DNA from: Eledone cirrhosa
Lineage: Eukaryota
Direction: 5' to 3'
Length of the DNA stretch: 64,000 nucleotides
NCBI GenBank assembly: GCA_964016885.1
Contig: OZ024742.1
Coordinates: 22,630,001 to 22,694,000 of the forward strand
Both the position numbers and the translations under genes were made by a program. Below, in pieces: positions 40,501 through 53,500 of the stretch. The notes beneath the pieces are model-generated. The model was not told the origin of the DNA. It saw only the letters and a list, made by a program, of their open reading frames with translations, and did not search any database. The stretch's first letter is position 1. Each line of letters opens with the position of its first letter.

Positions 40501-43500
40501 ATACCCGACTCTTTTGTCACCTTAACTCACTGAAAAAGAGACACAAGTATCGCGGTGTCAAATTACCAAGAGATTCCCACTCTTCAGTCACCTTAACACA
40601 CTGAAACAGAGACACAAGTATGCTGGTATCAAATTACCAAGAGATACCCCACTCTTTTGTCACCTTAACTCACTGAAACAGAGACACAAGTATCGCGGTA
40701 TCAAATTACCAGGAGATTCCCCCCTCTTCTGTCACCTTAACTCACTCAAACAGAGACACAAGCATCGCGGTATCAAATTACCAAGATATTCCCACTCTTC
40801 TGTCACCTTAACTCACTGAAACAGAGACACAAGTATCGCGGTATCAAATTACCAAGAGATTCCCACTCTTCTCTCACCTTAACACACTGAAATATAGACA
40901 CAAGTATCTCGGTATCAAATTACCAAGAGATTCCCACTGTTCTGTTACCTTAGCTCACTGAAACAGAGACACATGTATCGCGGTATCAAATTACCAAGAG
41001 ATACCCGACTCTTTTGTAACCTTAACTCACTGAAAAAGAGACACTAGTATCGCGGTGTCAAATTACCAAGAGATTCCCACTCTTCAGTCACCTTAACACA
41101 CTGAAACAGAGACACAAGTATGGTGGTATCAAATTACCAAGAGATACCCCACTCTTTTGTCACCTTAACTCACTGAAACAGAGACACAAGTATCGCGGTG
41201 TCAAATTACCAAGAGATTCCCACTCTTCAGTCACCTTAACACACTGAAACAGAGACACAAGTATGCTGGTATCAAATTACCAAGATATTCCCACTCTTCT
41301 GTCACCTTAACTCACTGAAACAGAGACACAAGTATCGCGGTATCAAATTACCAAGAGATTCCCACTCTTCTCTCACCTTAACACACTGAAATATAGACAC
41401 AAGTATCTCGGTATCAAATTACCAAGAGATTCCCACTGTTCTGTTACCTTAGCTCACTGAAACAGAGACACATGTATCGCGGTATCAAATTACCAAGAGA
41501 TACCCGACTCTTTTGTCACCTTAACTCACTGAAAAAGAGACACTAGTATCGCGGTGTCAAATTACCAAGAGATTCCCACTCTTCAGTCACCTTAACACAC
41601 TGAAACAGAGACACAAGTATGGTGGTATCAAATTACCAAGAGATACCCCACTCTTTTGTCACCTTAACTCACTGAAACAGAGACACAAGTATCGCGGTAT
41701 CAAATTACCAAGAGATACCCTACTCTTCTGTCACCTTAACTCACTGAAACAGAGACACAAGTATCGCGGTATCAAATTACCAAGATATTCCCACTCTTCT
41801 GTCACCTTAACTCACTGAAACAGAGACACAAGTATCGCGGTATCAAATTACCAGGAGATTCCCCCTCTTCTGTCACATTAACTCACTGAAACAGAGACAC
41901 AAGTATCGCGGTATCAAATTACCAAGAAATTACCACTCTTCTGTCACCTTAACTCACTGAAACAGAGACACAAGTATCGCGGTATCAAATTACCAAGAGA
42001 TTACCACTCTTCTGTCATCTTAACTCACTGAAACAGAGACACGAGTATCGCGGTATCAAATTACCAAGATATTCCCACTCTTCTGTCACCTTAACTCACT
42101 GAAACAGAGACACAAGTATCGCGGTATCAAATTACCAAGAAATTACCACTCTTCTCTCACCTTAACTCACTTAAACAGAGACACAAGTATCGCGGTATCA
42201 AATTACCAAGAGATTCCCCCCTCCTCTGTCACCTTAACTCACTGAAACAGAGACACAAGTATTGCGGTATCAAATTACCAGGAGATTCTCCCCTCTTCTG
42301 TCACCTTAACCCACTCAAACAGAGACACAAGTATCGCAGTATCAAATTACCAAGATATTCCCACTCTTCTGTCACCTTAACTCACTGAAACAGAGACACA
42401 AGTATCGCGGTATCAACTTACCAAGAGATACCCCACTCTTCTGTCACCTTAACTCACTGAAACAGAGACACAAGTATCGCGGTGTCAAATTACCAAGAGA
42501 TTACCACTCTTCTGTCACCTTAACTCACTGAAACAGAGACACAAGTATCGCGGTATGCAATTACCAAGAGGTTCCCCACTCTTCTGTCACCTTAACTCAC
42601 TGAAACAGAGACACAAGTATCGCGGTATCAAATTACCAAGAGATTCCCCTCTCTTCTGTCACATTAACTCACTGAAACAGAGACACAAGTATCGCGGTAT
42701 CAAATTACCAAGAGATTACCACTTTTCTGTCACCTTAACTCACTGAAACAGAGACACAAGTATCGCGGTATCAAATTACTAAGAGATTCCCCCCTCTTCT
42801 GTCACCTTAACTCACTGAAACAGAGACACAAGTATCGCGGTATCAAATTACCAAGAGATTCCCACTCTTCTCTCACCTTAACTCACTGAAATATAGACAC
42901 AAGTATCTCGGTATCAAATTACCAAGAAATTCCCACTCTTCTGTTACCTTAGCTCACTGAAACAGAGACACATGTATCGCGGTATCAAATTACCAAGAGA
43001 TACCCGACTCTTTTGTCACCTTAACTCACTGAAAAAGAGACACAAGTATCGCGGTGTCAAATTACCAAGAGATTCCCACTCTTCAGTCACCTTAACACAC
43101 TGAAACAGAGACACAAGTATGGTGGTATCAAATTACCAAGAGATACCCCACTCTTTTGTCACCTTAACTCACTGAAACAGAGACACAAGTATCGCGGTAT
43201 CAAATTACCAAGAGATACCCTACTCTTCTGTCACCTTAACTCACTGAAACAGAGACACAAGTATCGCGGTATCAAATTACCAAGATATTCCCACTCTTCT
43301 GTCACCTTAACTCACTGAAAGAGAGACACAAGTATCGCGGTATCAAATTACCAGAAGATTCCCCCTCTTCTGTCACATTAACTATCTGAAACAGAGACAC
43401 AAGTATCGCGGTATCAAATTACCAAGAAATTACCACTCTTCTGTCACCTTAACTTACTGAAACAGAGACACAAGTATCGCAGTGTCAAATTACCAAGAGA

Positions 43501-46500
43501 TTACCACTCTTCTGTCACCTTAACTCACTGAAACAGAGACACAAGTATCGCGGTATCAAATTACCACGAGATTCCCCACTCTTCTGTCACCTTAACTCAC
43601 TCAAACAGAGACACAAGTATCGCGGTATCAAATTACCAAGATATTCCCACTCTTCTGTCACCTCAACTCACTGAAACAGAGACACAAGTATCGCGGTATC
43701 AAGTTACCAAGAGATTCCCACTCTTCTCTCACCTTAACTCACTGAAATATAGACACAAGTATCTCGGTATCAAATTACCAAGAGATTCCCACTGTTCTGT
43801 TACCTTAGCTCACTGAAACAGAGACACATGTATCGCGGTATCAAATTACCAAGAGATACCCGACTCTTTTGTCACCTTAACTCACTGAAAAAGAGACACA
43901 AGTATCGCCGTGTCAAATTACCAAGAGATTCCCACTCTTCAGTCATCTTAACACACTGAAACAGAGACACAAGTATGGTGGTATCAAATTACCAAGAGAT
44001 ACCCCACTCTTTTGTCACCTTAACTCACTGAAACAGAGACACAAGTATTGCGGTATCAAATTACCAAGAGAAACCCTACTCTTCTGTCACCTTAACTCAC
44101 TGAAACAGAGACACAAGTATCGCGGTATCAAATTACCAAGATATTCCCACTCTTCTGTCACCTTAACTCACTGAAACAGAGACACAAGTATCGCGGTATC
44201 AAATTACCAGGAGATTCCCCCTCTTCTGTCACATTAACTCACTGAAACAGAGACACAAGTATCGCGGTATCAAATTACCAAGAAATTACCACTCTTCTGT
44301 CACCTTAACTCACTGAAACAGAGACACAAGTATCGCGGTATCAAATTACCAAGAGATTACCACTCTTCTGTCATCTTAACTCACTGAAACAGAGACACGA
44401 GTATCGCGGTATCAAATTACCAAGATATTCCCACTCTTCTGTCACCTTAACTCACTGAAACAGAGACATAAGTATCGCGGTATCAAATTACCAAGAAATT
44501 ACCACTCTTCTCTCACCTTAACTCACTTAAACAGAGACACAAGTATCGCGGTATCAAATTACCAAGAGATTCCCCCCTCCTCTGTCACCTTAACTCACTG
44601 AAACAGAGACACAAGTATTGCGGTATCAAATTACCAGGAGATTCTCCCCTCTTCTGTCACCTTAACCCACTCAAACAGAGACACAAGTATCGCAGTATCA
44701 AATTACCAAGATATTCCCACTCTTCTGTCACCTTAACTCACTGAAACAGAGACACAAGTATCGCGGTATCAACTTACCAAGAGATACCCCACTCTTCTGT
44801 CACCTTAACTCACTGAAACAGAGACACAAGTATCGCGGTGTCAAATTACCAAGAGATTACCACTCTTCTGTCACCTTAACTCACTGAAACAGAGACACAA
44901 GTATCGCGGTATGCAATTACCAAGAGGTTCCCCACTCTTCTGTCACCTTAACTCACTGAAACAGAGACACAAGTATCGCGGTATCAAATTACCAAGAGAT
45001 TCCCCTCTCTTCTGTCACATTAACTCACTGAAACAGAGACACAAGTATCGCGGTATCAAATTACCAAGAGATTACCACTTTTCTGTCACCTTAACTCACT
45101 GAAACAGAGACACAAGTATCGCGGTATCAAATTACTAAGAGATTCCCCCCTCTTCTGTCACCTTAACTCACTGAAACAGAGACACAAGTATCGCGGTATC
45201 AAATTACCAAGAGATTCCCACTCTTCTCTCACCTTAACTCACTGAAATATAGACACAAGTATCTCGGTATCAAATTACCAAGAGATTCCCACTGTTCTGT
45301 TACCTTAGCTCACTGAAACAGAGACACATGTATCGCGGTATCAAATTACCAAGAGATACCCGACTCTTTTGTCACCTTAACTCACTGAAAAAGAGACACA
45401 AGTATCGCGGTGTCAAATTACCAAGAGATTCCCACTCTTCAGTCATCTTAACACACTGAAACAGAGACACAAGTATGGTGGTATCAAATTACCAAGAGAT
45501 ACCCCACTCTTTTGTCACCTTAACTCACTGAAACAGAGACACAAGTATTGCGGTATCAAATTACCAAGAGAAACCCTACTCTTCTGTCACCTTAACTCAC
45601 TGAAACAGAGACACAAGTATCGCGGTATCAAATTACCAAGATATTCCCACTCTTCTGTCACCTTAACTCACTGAAACAGAGACACAAGTATCGCGGTATC
45701 AAATTACCAGGAGATTCCCCCTCTTCTGTCACATTAACTCACTGAAACAGAGACACAAGTATCGCGGTATCAAACTACCAAGAAATTACCACTCTTCTGT
45801 CACCTTAACTCACTGAAACAGAGACACAAGTATCGCGGTATCAAATTACCAAGAGATTACCACTCTTCTGTCATCTTAACTCACTGAAACAGAGACACGA
45901 GTATCGCGGTATCAAATTACCAAGATATTCCCACTCTTCTGTCACCTTAACTCACTGAAACAGAGACACAAGTATCGCGGTATCAAATTACCAAGAAATT
46001 ACCACTCTTCTCTCACCTTAACTCACTTAAACAGAGACACAAGTATCGCGGTATCAAATTACCAAGAGATTCCCCCCTCCTCTGTCACCTTAACTCACTG
46101 AAACAGAGACACAAGTATTGCGGTATCAAATTACCAGGAGATTCTCCCCTCTTCTGTCACCTTAACCCACTCAAACAGAGACACAAGTATCGCAGTATCA
46201 AATTACCAAGATATTCCCACTCTTCTGTCACCTTAACTCACTGAAACAGAGACACAAGTATCGCGGTATCAACTTACCAAGAGATACCCCACTCTTCTGT
46301 CACCTTAACTCACTGAAACAGAGACACAAGTATCGCGGTGTCAAATTACCAAGAGATTACCACTCTTCTGTCACCTTAACTCACTGAAACAGAGACACAA
46401 GTATCGCGGTATGCAATTACCAAGAGGTTCCCCACTCTTCTGTCACCTTAACTCACTGAAACAGAGACACAAGTATCGCGGTATCAAATTACCAAGAGAT

Positions 46501-49500
46501 TCCCCTCTCTTCTGTCACATTAACTCACTGAAACAGAGACACAAGTATCGCGGTATCAAATTACCAAGAGATTACCACTTTTCTGTCACCTTAACTCACT
46601 GAAACAGAGACACAAGTATCGCGGTATCAAATTACTAAGAGATTCCCCCCTCTTCTGTCACCTTAACTCACTGAAACAGAGACACAAGTATCGCGGTATC
46701 AAATTACCAAGAGATTCCCACTCTTCTCTCACCTTAACTCACTGAAATATAGACACAAGTATCTCGGTATCAAATTACCAAGAAATTCCCACTCTTCTGT
46801 TACCTTAGCTCACTGAAACAGAGACACATGTATCGCGGTATCAAATTACCAAGAGATACCCGACTCTTTTGTCACCTTAACTCACTGAAAAAGAGACACA
46901 AGTATCGCGGTGTCAAATTACCAAGAGATTCCCACTCTTCAGTCACCTTAACACACTGAAACAGAGACACAAGTATGGTGGTATCAAATTACCAAGAGAT
47001 ACCCCACTCTTTTGTCACCTTAACTCACTGAAACAGAGACACAAGTATTGCGGTATCAAATTACCAAGAGAAACCCTACTCTTCTGTCACCTTAACTCAC
47101 TGAAACAGAGACACAAGTATCGCGGTATCAAATTACCAAGATATTCCCACTCTTCTGTCACCTTAACTCACTGAAACAGAGACACAAGTATCGCGGTATC
47201 AAATTACCAGGAGATTCCCCCTCTTCTGTCACATTAACTCACTGAAACAGAGACACAAGTATCGCGGTATCAAATTACCAAGAAATTACCACTCTTCTGT
47301 CACCTTAACTCACTGAAACAGAGACACAAGTATCGCGGTATCAAATTACCAAGAGATTACCACTCTTCTGTCATCTTAACTCACTGAAACAGAGACACGA
47401 GTATCGCGGTATCAAATTACCAAGATATTCCCACTCTTCTGTCACCTTAACTCACTGAAACAGAGACACAAGTATCGCGGTATCAAATTACCAAGAAATT
47501 ACCACTCTTCTCTCACCTTAACTCACTTAAACAGAGACACAAGTATCGCGGTATCAAATTACCAAGAGATTCCCCCCTCCTCTGTCACCTTAACTCACTG
47601 AAACAGAGACACAAGTATTGCGGTATCAAATTACCAGGAGATTCTCCCCTCTTCTGTCACCTTAACCCACTCAAACAGAGACACAAGTATCGCAGTATCA
47701 AATTACCAAGATATTCCCACTCTTCTGTCACCTTAACTCACTGAAACAGAGACACAAGTATCGCGGTATCAACTTACCAAGAGATACCCCACTCTTCTGT
47801 CACCTTAACTCACTGAAACAGAGACACAAGTATCGCGGTGTCAAATTACCAAGAGATTACCACTCTTCTGTCACCTTAACTCACTGAAACAGAGACACAA
47901 GTATCGCGGTATGCAATTACCAAGAGGTTCCCCACTCTTCTGTCACCTTAACTCACTGAAACAGAGACACAAGTATCGCGGTATCAAATTACCAAGAGAT
48001 TCCCCTCTCTTCTGTCACATTAACTCACTGAAACAGAGACACAAGTATCGCGGTATCAAATTACCAAGAGATTACCACTTTTCTGTCACCTTAACTCACT
48101 GAAACAGAGACACAAGTATCGCGGTATCAAATTACTAAGAGATTCCCCCCTCTTCTGTCACCTTAACTCACTGAAACAGAGACACAAGTATCGCGGTATC
48201 AAATTACCAAGAGATTCCCACTCTTCTCTCACCTTAACTCACTGAAATATAGACACAAGTATCTCGGTATCAAATTACCAAGAAATTCCCACTCTTCTGT
48301 TACCTTAGCTCACTGAAACAGAGACACATGTATCGCGGTATCAAATTACCAAGAGATACCCGACTCTTTTGTCACCTTAACTCACTGAAAAAGAGACACA
48401 AGTATCGCGGTGTCAAATTACCAAGAGATTCCCACTCTTCAGTCACCTTAACACACTGAAACAGAGACACAAGTATGGTGGTATCAAATTACCAAGAGAT
48501 ACCCCACTCTTTTGTCACCTTAACTCACTGAAACAGAGACACAAGTATCGCGGTATCAAATTACCAAGAGATACCCTACTCTTCTGTCACCTTAACTCAC
48601 TGAAACAGAGACACAAGTATCGCGGTATCAAATTACCAAGATATTCCCACTCTTCTGTCACCTTAACTCACTGAAAGAGAGACACAAGTATCGCGGTATC
48701 AAATTACCAGAAGATTCCCCCTCTTCTGTCACATTAACTCACTGAAACAGAGACACAAGTATCGCGGTATCAAATTACAAAGAAATTACCACTCTTCTGT
48801 CACCTTAACTTACTGAAACAGAGACACAAGTATCGCAGTGTCAAATTACCAAGAGATTACCACTCTTCTGTCACCTTAACTCACTGAAACAGAGACACAA
48901 GTATCGCGGTATCAAATTACCAGGAGATTCCCCACTCTTCTGTCACCTTAACTCACTCAAACAGAGACACAAGTATCGCGGTATCAAATTACCAAGATAT
49001 TCCCACTCTTCTGTCACCTTAACTCACTGAAACAGAGACACAAGTATCGCGGTATCAAGTTACCAAGAGATTCCCACTCTTCTCTCACCTTAACTCACTG
49101 AAATATAGACACAAGTATCTCGGTATCAAATTACCAAGAGATTCCCACTGTTCTGTTACCTTAGCTCACTGAAACAGAGACACATGTATCGCGGTATCAA
49201 ATTACCAAGAGATACCCGACTCTTTTGTCACCTTAACTCACTGAAAAAGAGACACAAGTATCGCGGTGTCAAATTACCAAGAGATTCCCACTCTTCAGTC
49301 ATCTTAACACACTGAAACAGAGACACAAGTATGGTGGTATCAAATTACCAAGAGATACCCCACTCTTTTGTCACCTTAACTCACTGAAACAGAGACACAA
49401 GTATTGCGGTATCAAATTACCAAGAGAAACCCTACTCTTCTGTCACCTTAACTCACTGAAACAGAGACACAAGTATCGCGGTATCAAATTACCAAGATAT

Positions 49501-50530
49501 TCCCACTCTTCTGTCACCTTAACTCACTGAAACAGAGACACAAGTATCGCGGTATCAAATTACCAGGAGATTCCCCCTCTTCTGTCACATTAACTCACTG
49601 AAACAGAGACACAAGTATCTCGGTATCAAATTACCAAGAAATTACCACTCTTCTGTCACCTTAACTCACTGAAACAGAGACACAAGTATCGCGGTATCAA
49701 ATTACCAAGAGATTACCACTCTTCTGTCATCTTAACTCACTGAAACAGAGACACAAGTATCGCGGTATCAAATTACCAAGATATTCCCACTCTTCTGTCA
49801 CCTTAACTCACTGAAACAGAGACACAAGTATCGCGGTATCAAATTACCAAGAAATTACCACTCTTCTCTCACCTTAACTCACTTAAACAGAGACACAAGT
49901 ATCGCGGTATCAAATTACCAAGAGATTCCCCCCTCCTCTGTCACCTTAACTCACTGAAACAGAGACACAAGTATTGCGGTATCAAATTACCAGGAGATTC
50001 CCCCTCTTCTGTCACCTTAACCCACTCAAACAGAGACACAAGTATCGCGGTATCAAATTACCAGGAGATTCCCCCTCTTCTGTCACCTTAACTCACTGAA
50101 ACAGAGACACAAGTATCGCGGTATCAAATTACCAAGAGATTCCCACTCTTCTGTCACCTTAATTCACTGAAACAGAGACACAAGTATCGCGGTATCAACT
50201 TACCAAGAGATACCCCACTCTTCTGTCACCTTAACTCACTGAAACAGAGACACAAGTATCGCGGTGTCAAATTACCAAGAGATTACCACTCTTCTGTCAC
50301 CTTAACTCACTGAAACAGAGACACAAGTATCGCGGTATCAAATTACCAAGAGATTCCCCTCTCTTCTGTCACATTAACTCACTGAAACAGAGACACAAGT
50401 ATCGCGGTATCAAATTACCAAGAGATTACCACTTTTCTGTCACCTTAACTCACTGAAACAGAGACACAAGTATCGCGGTATCAAATTACTAAGAGATTCC
50501 CCCCTCTTATGTCACCTTAACTCACTGAAA
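37550..50530. repeat. HOR domain built from 7-, 12- and 20/21-monomer units, including three consecutive 1500-bp (21-mer) copies at ~43690-48190
   Basis: Unit starts (TATCAA..GATTCCCACTCTTCTCTCACC..AAATATAGAC) at 37557, 38057, 39486, 40342, 40842, 41341, 42841, 43697, 45197, 46697, 48197 and 49053. Spacings are 500, 1429, 856, 500, 499, 1500, 856, 1500, 1500, 1500 and 856. Confidence 0.93.
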
Positions 50531-53500
50531 CAGAGACACAAGTATTGCGGTATCAAATTATCTAGAGATTCCCACTCTTCCGTCACCTTAACTCAGTGAA
50601 ACAGAGACACAAGTATCGCGGTATCAAATTACCAGGAGATTCCCACTCTTCTGTCACCTTAAGTCATTGAAACAGAGACACAAGTATCCCGGTATCAAAT
50701 TACCAGGAGATTCCCCACTCTTCTGTCACCTTAACTCACTGAAACAGAGACACAAGTATCGCGGTATCAACTTACCAAGAGATTACCACTCTTCTGTCAC
50801 ATTAACTCACTGAAACAGAGACACAAGTATCGCGGTATCAAATTACCAAGATATTCCCACACTTCTGTCACCTTAACTCACTGAAACAGAGACACAAGTA
50901 TCCCGGTATCAAATTACCAGGAGATTCCCCCCTCTTCTGTCAGCTTAACTCACTGAAACAGAGACACAAGTATCGCGGTATCAAAGTACCAAGATATTCC
51001 CCACTCTTCTCTCACCTTAACTCAATGAAACAGCGACACAAGTATCGCGTTATGCAATTACCAAGAGATTCCCACTCTTCTGTCACCTTAAATCACTGAA
51101 AGAGAGACACACGTATCGCGGTATCAAATTACCAAGAGATTCCCCCCTCTTCTGTCACCTTAACTCACTGAAACAGAGACACAAGTATCGCGGTATCAAA
51201 TTACCAAGAGATTCCCCCTCTTCTGTCACCTTAACTCACTAAAACAGAGACACAAGTATCGCGGTATCAAATTACCAGGAGATTCCCCCTCTTCTGTCAC
51301 ATTAACTCACTGAAACAGAGACACAAGTATCGCGGTATCAAATTACCAAGAAATTACCACTCTTCTGTCACCTTAACTCACTGAAACAGAGACACAAGTA
51401 TCGCGGTGTCAAATTACCAAGAGATTACCACTCTTCTGTCACCTTAACTCACTGAAACAGAGACACAAGTATCGAGGTAACAAATTACCAGGAGATTCCC
51501 CCCTCTTCTGTCACCTTAACTCACTCAAACAGAGACACAAGTATCGCGGTATCAAATTACCAAGATATTCCCACTCTTCTGTCACCTTAACTCACTGAAA
51601 CAGAGACACAAGTATCGCGGTATCAAATTACCAAGAGATTACCACTCTTCTGTTATCTTAACTCACTGAAACAGAGACACGAGTATCGCGGTATCAAATT
51701 ACCAAGATATTCCCACTCTTCTGTCACCTTAACTCACTGAAACAGAGACACAAGTATCGCGGTATCAAATTACCAGGAGATTCCCCCTCTTCTGTCACAT
51801 TAACTCACTGAAACAGAGACACAAGTATCGCGGTATCAAATTACCAAGAAATTACCACTCTTCTCTCACCTTAACTCACTGAAACAGAGACACAAGTATC
51901 GCGGTATCAAATTACCAAGAGATTCCCCCCTCCTCTGTCACCTTAACTCACTGAAACAGAGACACAAGTATTGCGGTATCAAATTACCAGGAGATTCCCC
52001 CCTCTTCTGTCACCTTAACCCACTCAAACAGAGAAACAAGTATCGTGGTATCAAATTACCAAGAGGTTCCCCACTCTTCTGTCACCTTAACTCACTGAAA
52101 CAGAGACACAAGTATCGCGGTATCAAATTACCAAGAGATTCCCCTCTCTTTTGTCACATTAACTCACTGAAACAGAGACACAAGTATCGCGGTATCAAAT
52201 TACCAAGAGATTACCACTTTTCTGTCACCTTAACTCACTGAAACAGAGACACAAGTATCGCGGTATCAAATTACTAAGAGATTCCCCCCTCTTCTGTCAC
52301 CTTAACTCACTGAAACAGAGACACAAGTATTGCGGTATCAAATTATCAAGAGATTCCCACTCTTCTGTCACCTTAAATCACTGAAACAGAGACACACGTA
52401 TCGCGGTATCAACTTACCAAGAGATTACCACTCTTCTGTCACCTTAACTCACTGAAACAGAGACACAAGTATCGCGGTATCAAAGTACCAAGAGATTCCC
52501 CACTCTTCTCTCACCTTAACTCAATGAAACAGAGACACAAGTATCGCTTTATGCAATTACCAAGAGATTCCCACTCTTCTGTCACCTTAAATCACTGAAA
52601 CAGTGACACACGTATCGCGGTATCAAATTACCAAAAGATTCCCCCCTCTTCTGTCACCTTAACTCACTGAAACAGAGACACAAGTATCGCGGTATCAAAT
52701 TACCAAGAGATTCCCCCTCTTCTGTCACCTTAACTCACTAAAACAGAGACACAAGTATCGCGGTATCAAATTACCAGGAGATTCCCCCTCTTCTGTCACA
52801 TTAACTCACTGAAACAGAGACACAAGTATCGCGGTATCAAATTACCAAGAAATTACCACTCTTCTGTCACCTTAACTCACTGAAACAGAGACACAAGTAT
52901 CGCGATGTCAAATTACCAAGAGATTACCACTCTTCTGTCACCTTAACTCACTGAAACAGAGACACAAGTATCGCGGTATCAAATTACCAGGAGATTCCCC
53001 CCTCTTCTGTCACCTTAACTCACTGAAACAGAGACACAAGTATCGCGGTATCAAATTACCAAGATATTCCCACTCTTCTGTCACCTTAACTCACTGAAAC
53101 AGAGACACAAGTATCGCGATATCAAATTACCAAGACATTACCACTCTTCTGTCATCTTAACTCACTGAAACAGAGACACAAGTATCGCGGTATCAAATTA
53201 CCAAGATATTCCCACTCTTCTGTCACCTTAACTCACTGAAACAGAGACACAAGTATCGCGGAATCAAATTACCAGGAGATTCCCCCTCTTCTGTCACATT
53301 AACTCACTGAAACAGAGACACAAGTATCGCGGTATCAAATTACCAAGAAATTACCACTCTTCTCTCACCTTAACTCACTGAAACAGAGACACAAGTATCG
53401 CGGTATCAAATTACCTAGAGATTCCCCCCTCCTCTGTCACCTTAACTCACTGAAACAGAGACACAAGTATTGCGGTATCAAATTACCAGGAGATTCCCCC

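Noticed and set aside
43690-48190. Exact 1500-bp periodicity as an assembly or synthetic artefact
   Set aside because: 1500 = 12x71 + 9x72. The copies carry distinct private SNPs (e.g. TCGCCG ~43908, ACATAAG ~44469, AAACTACC ~45775), which supports real duplications, although read-level confirmation is still needed.
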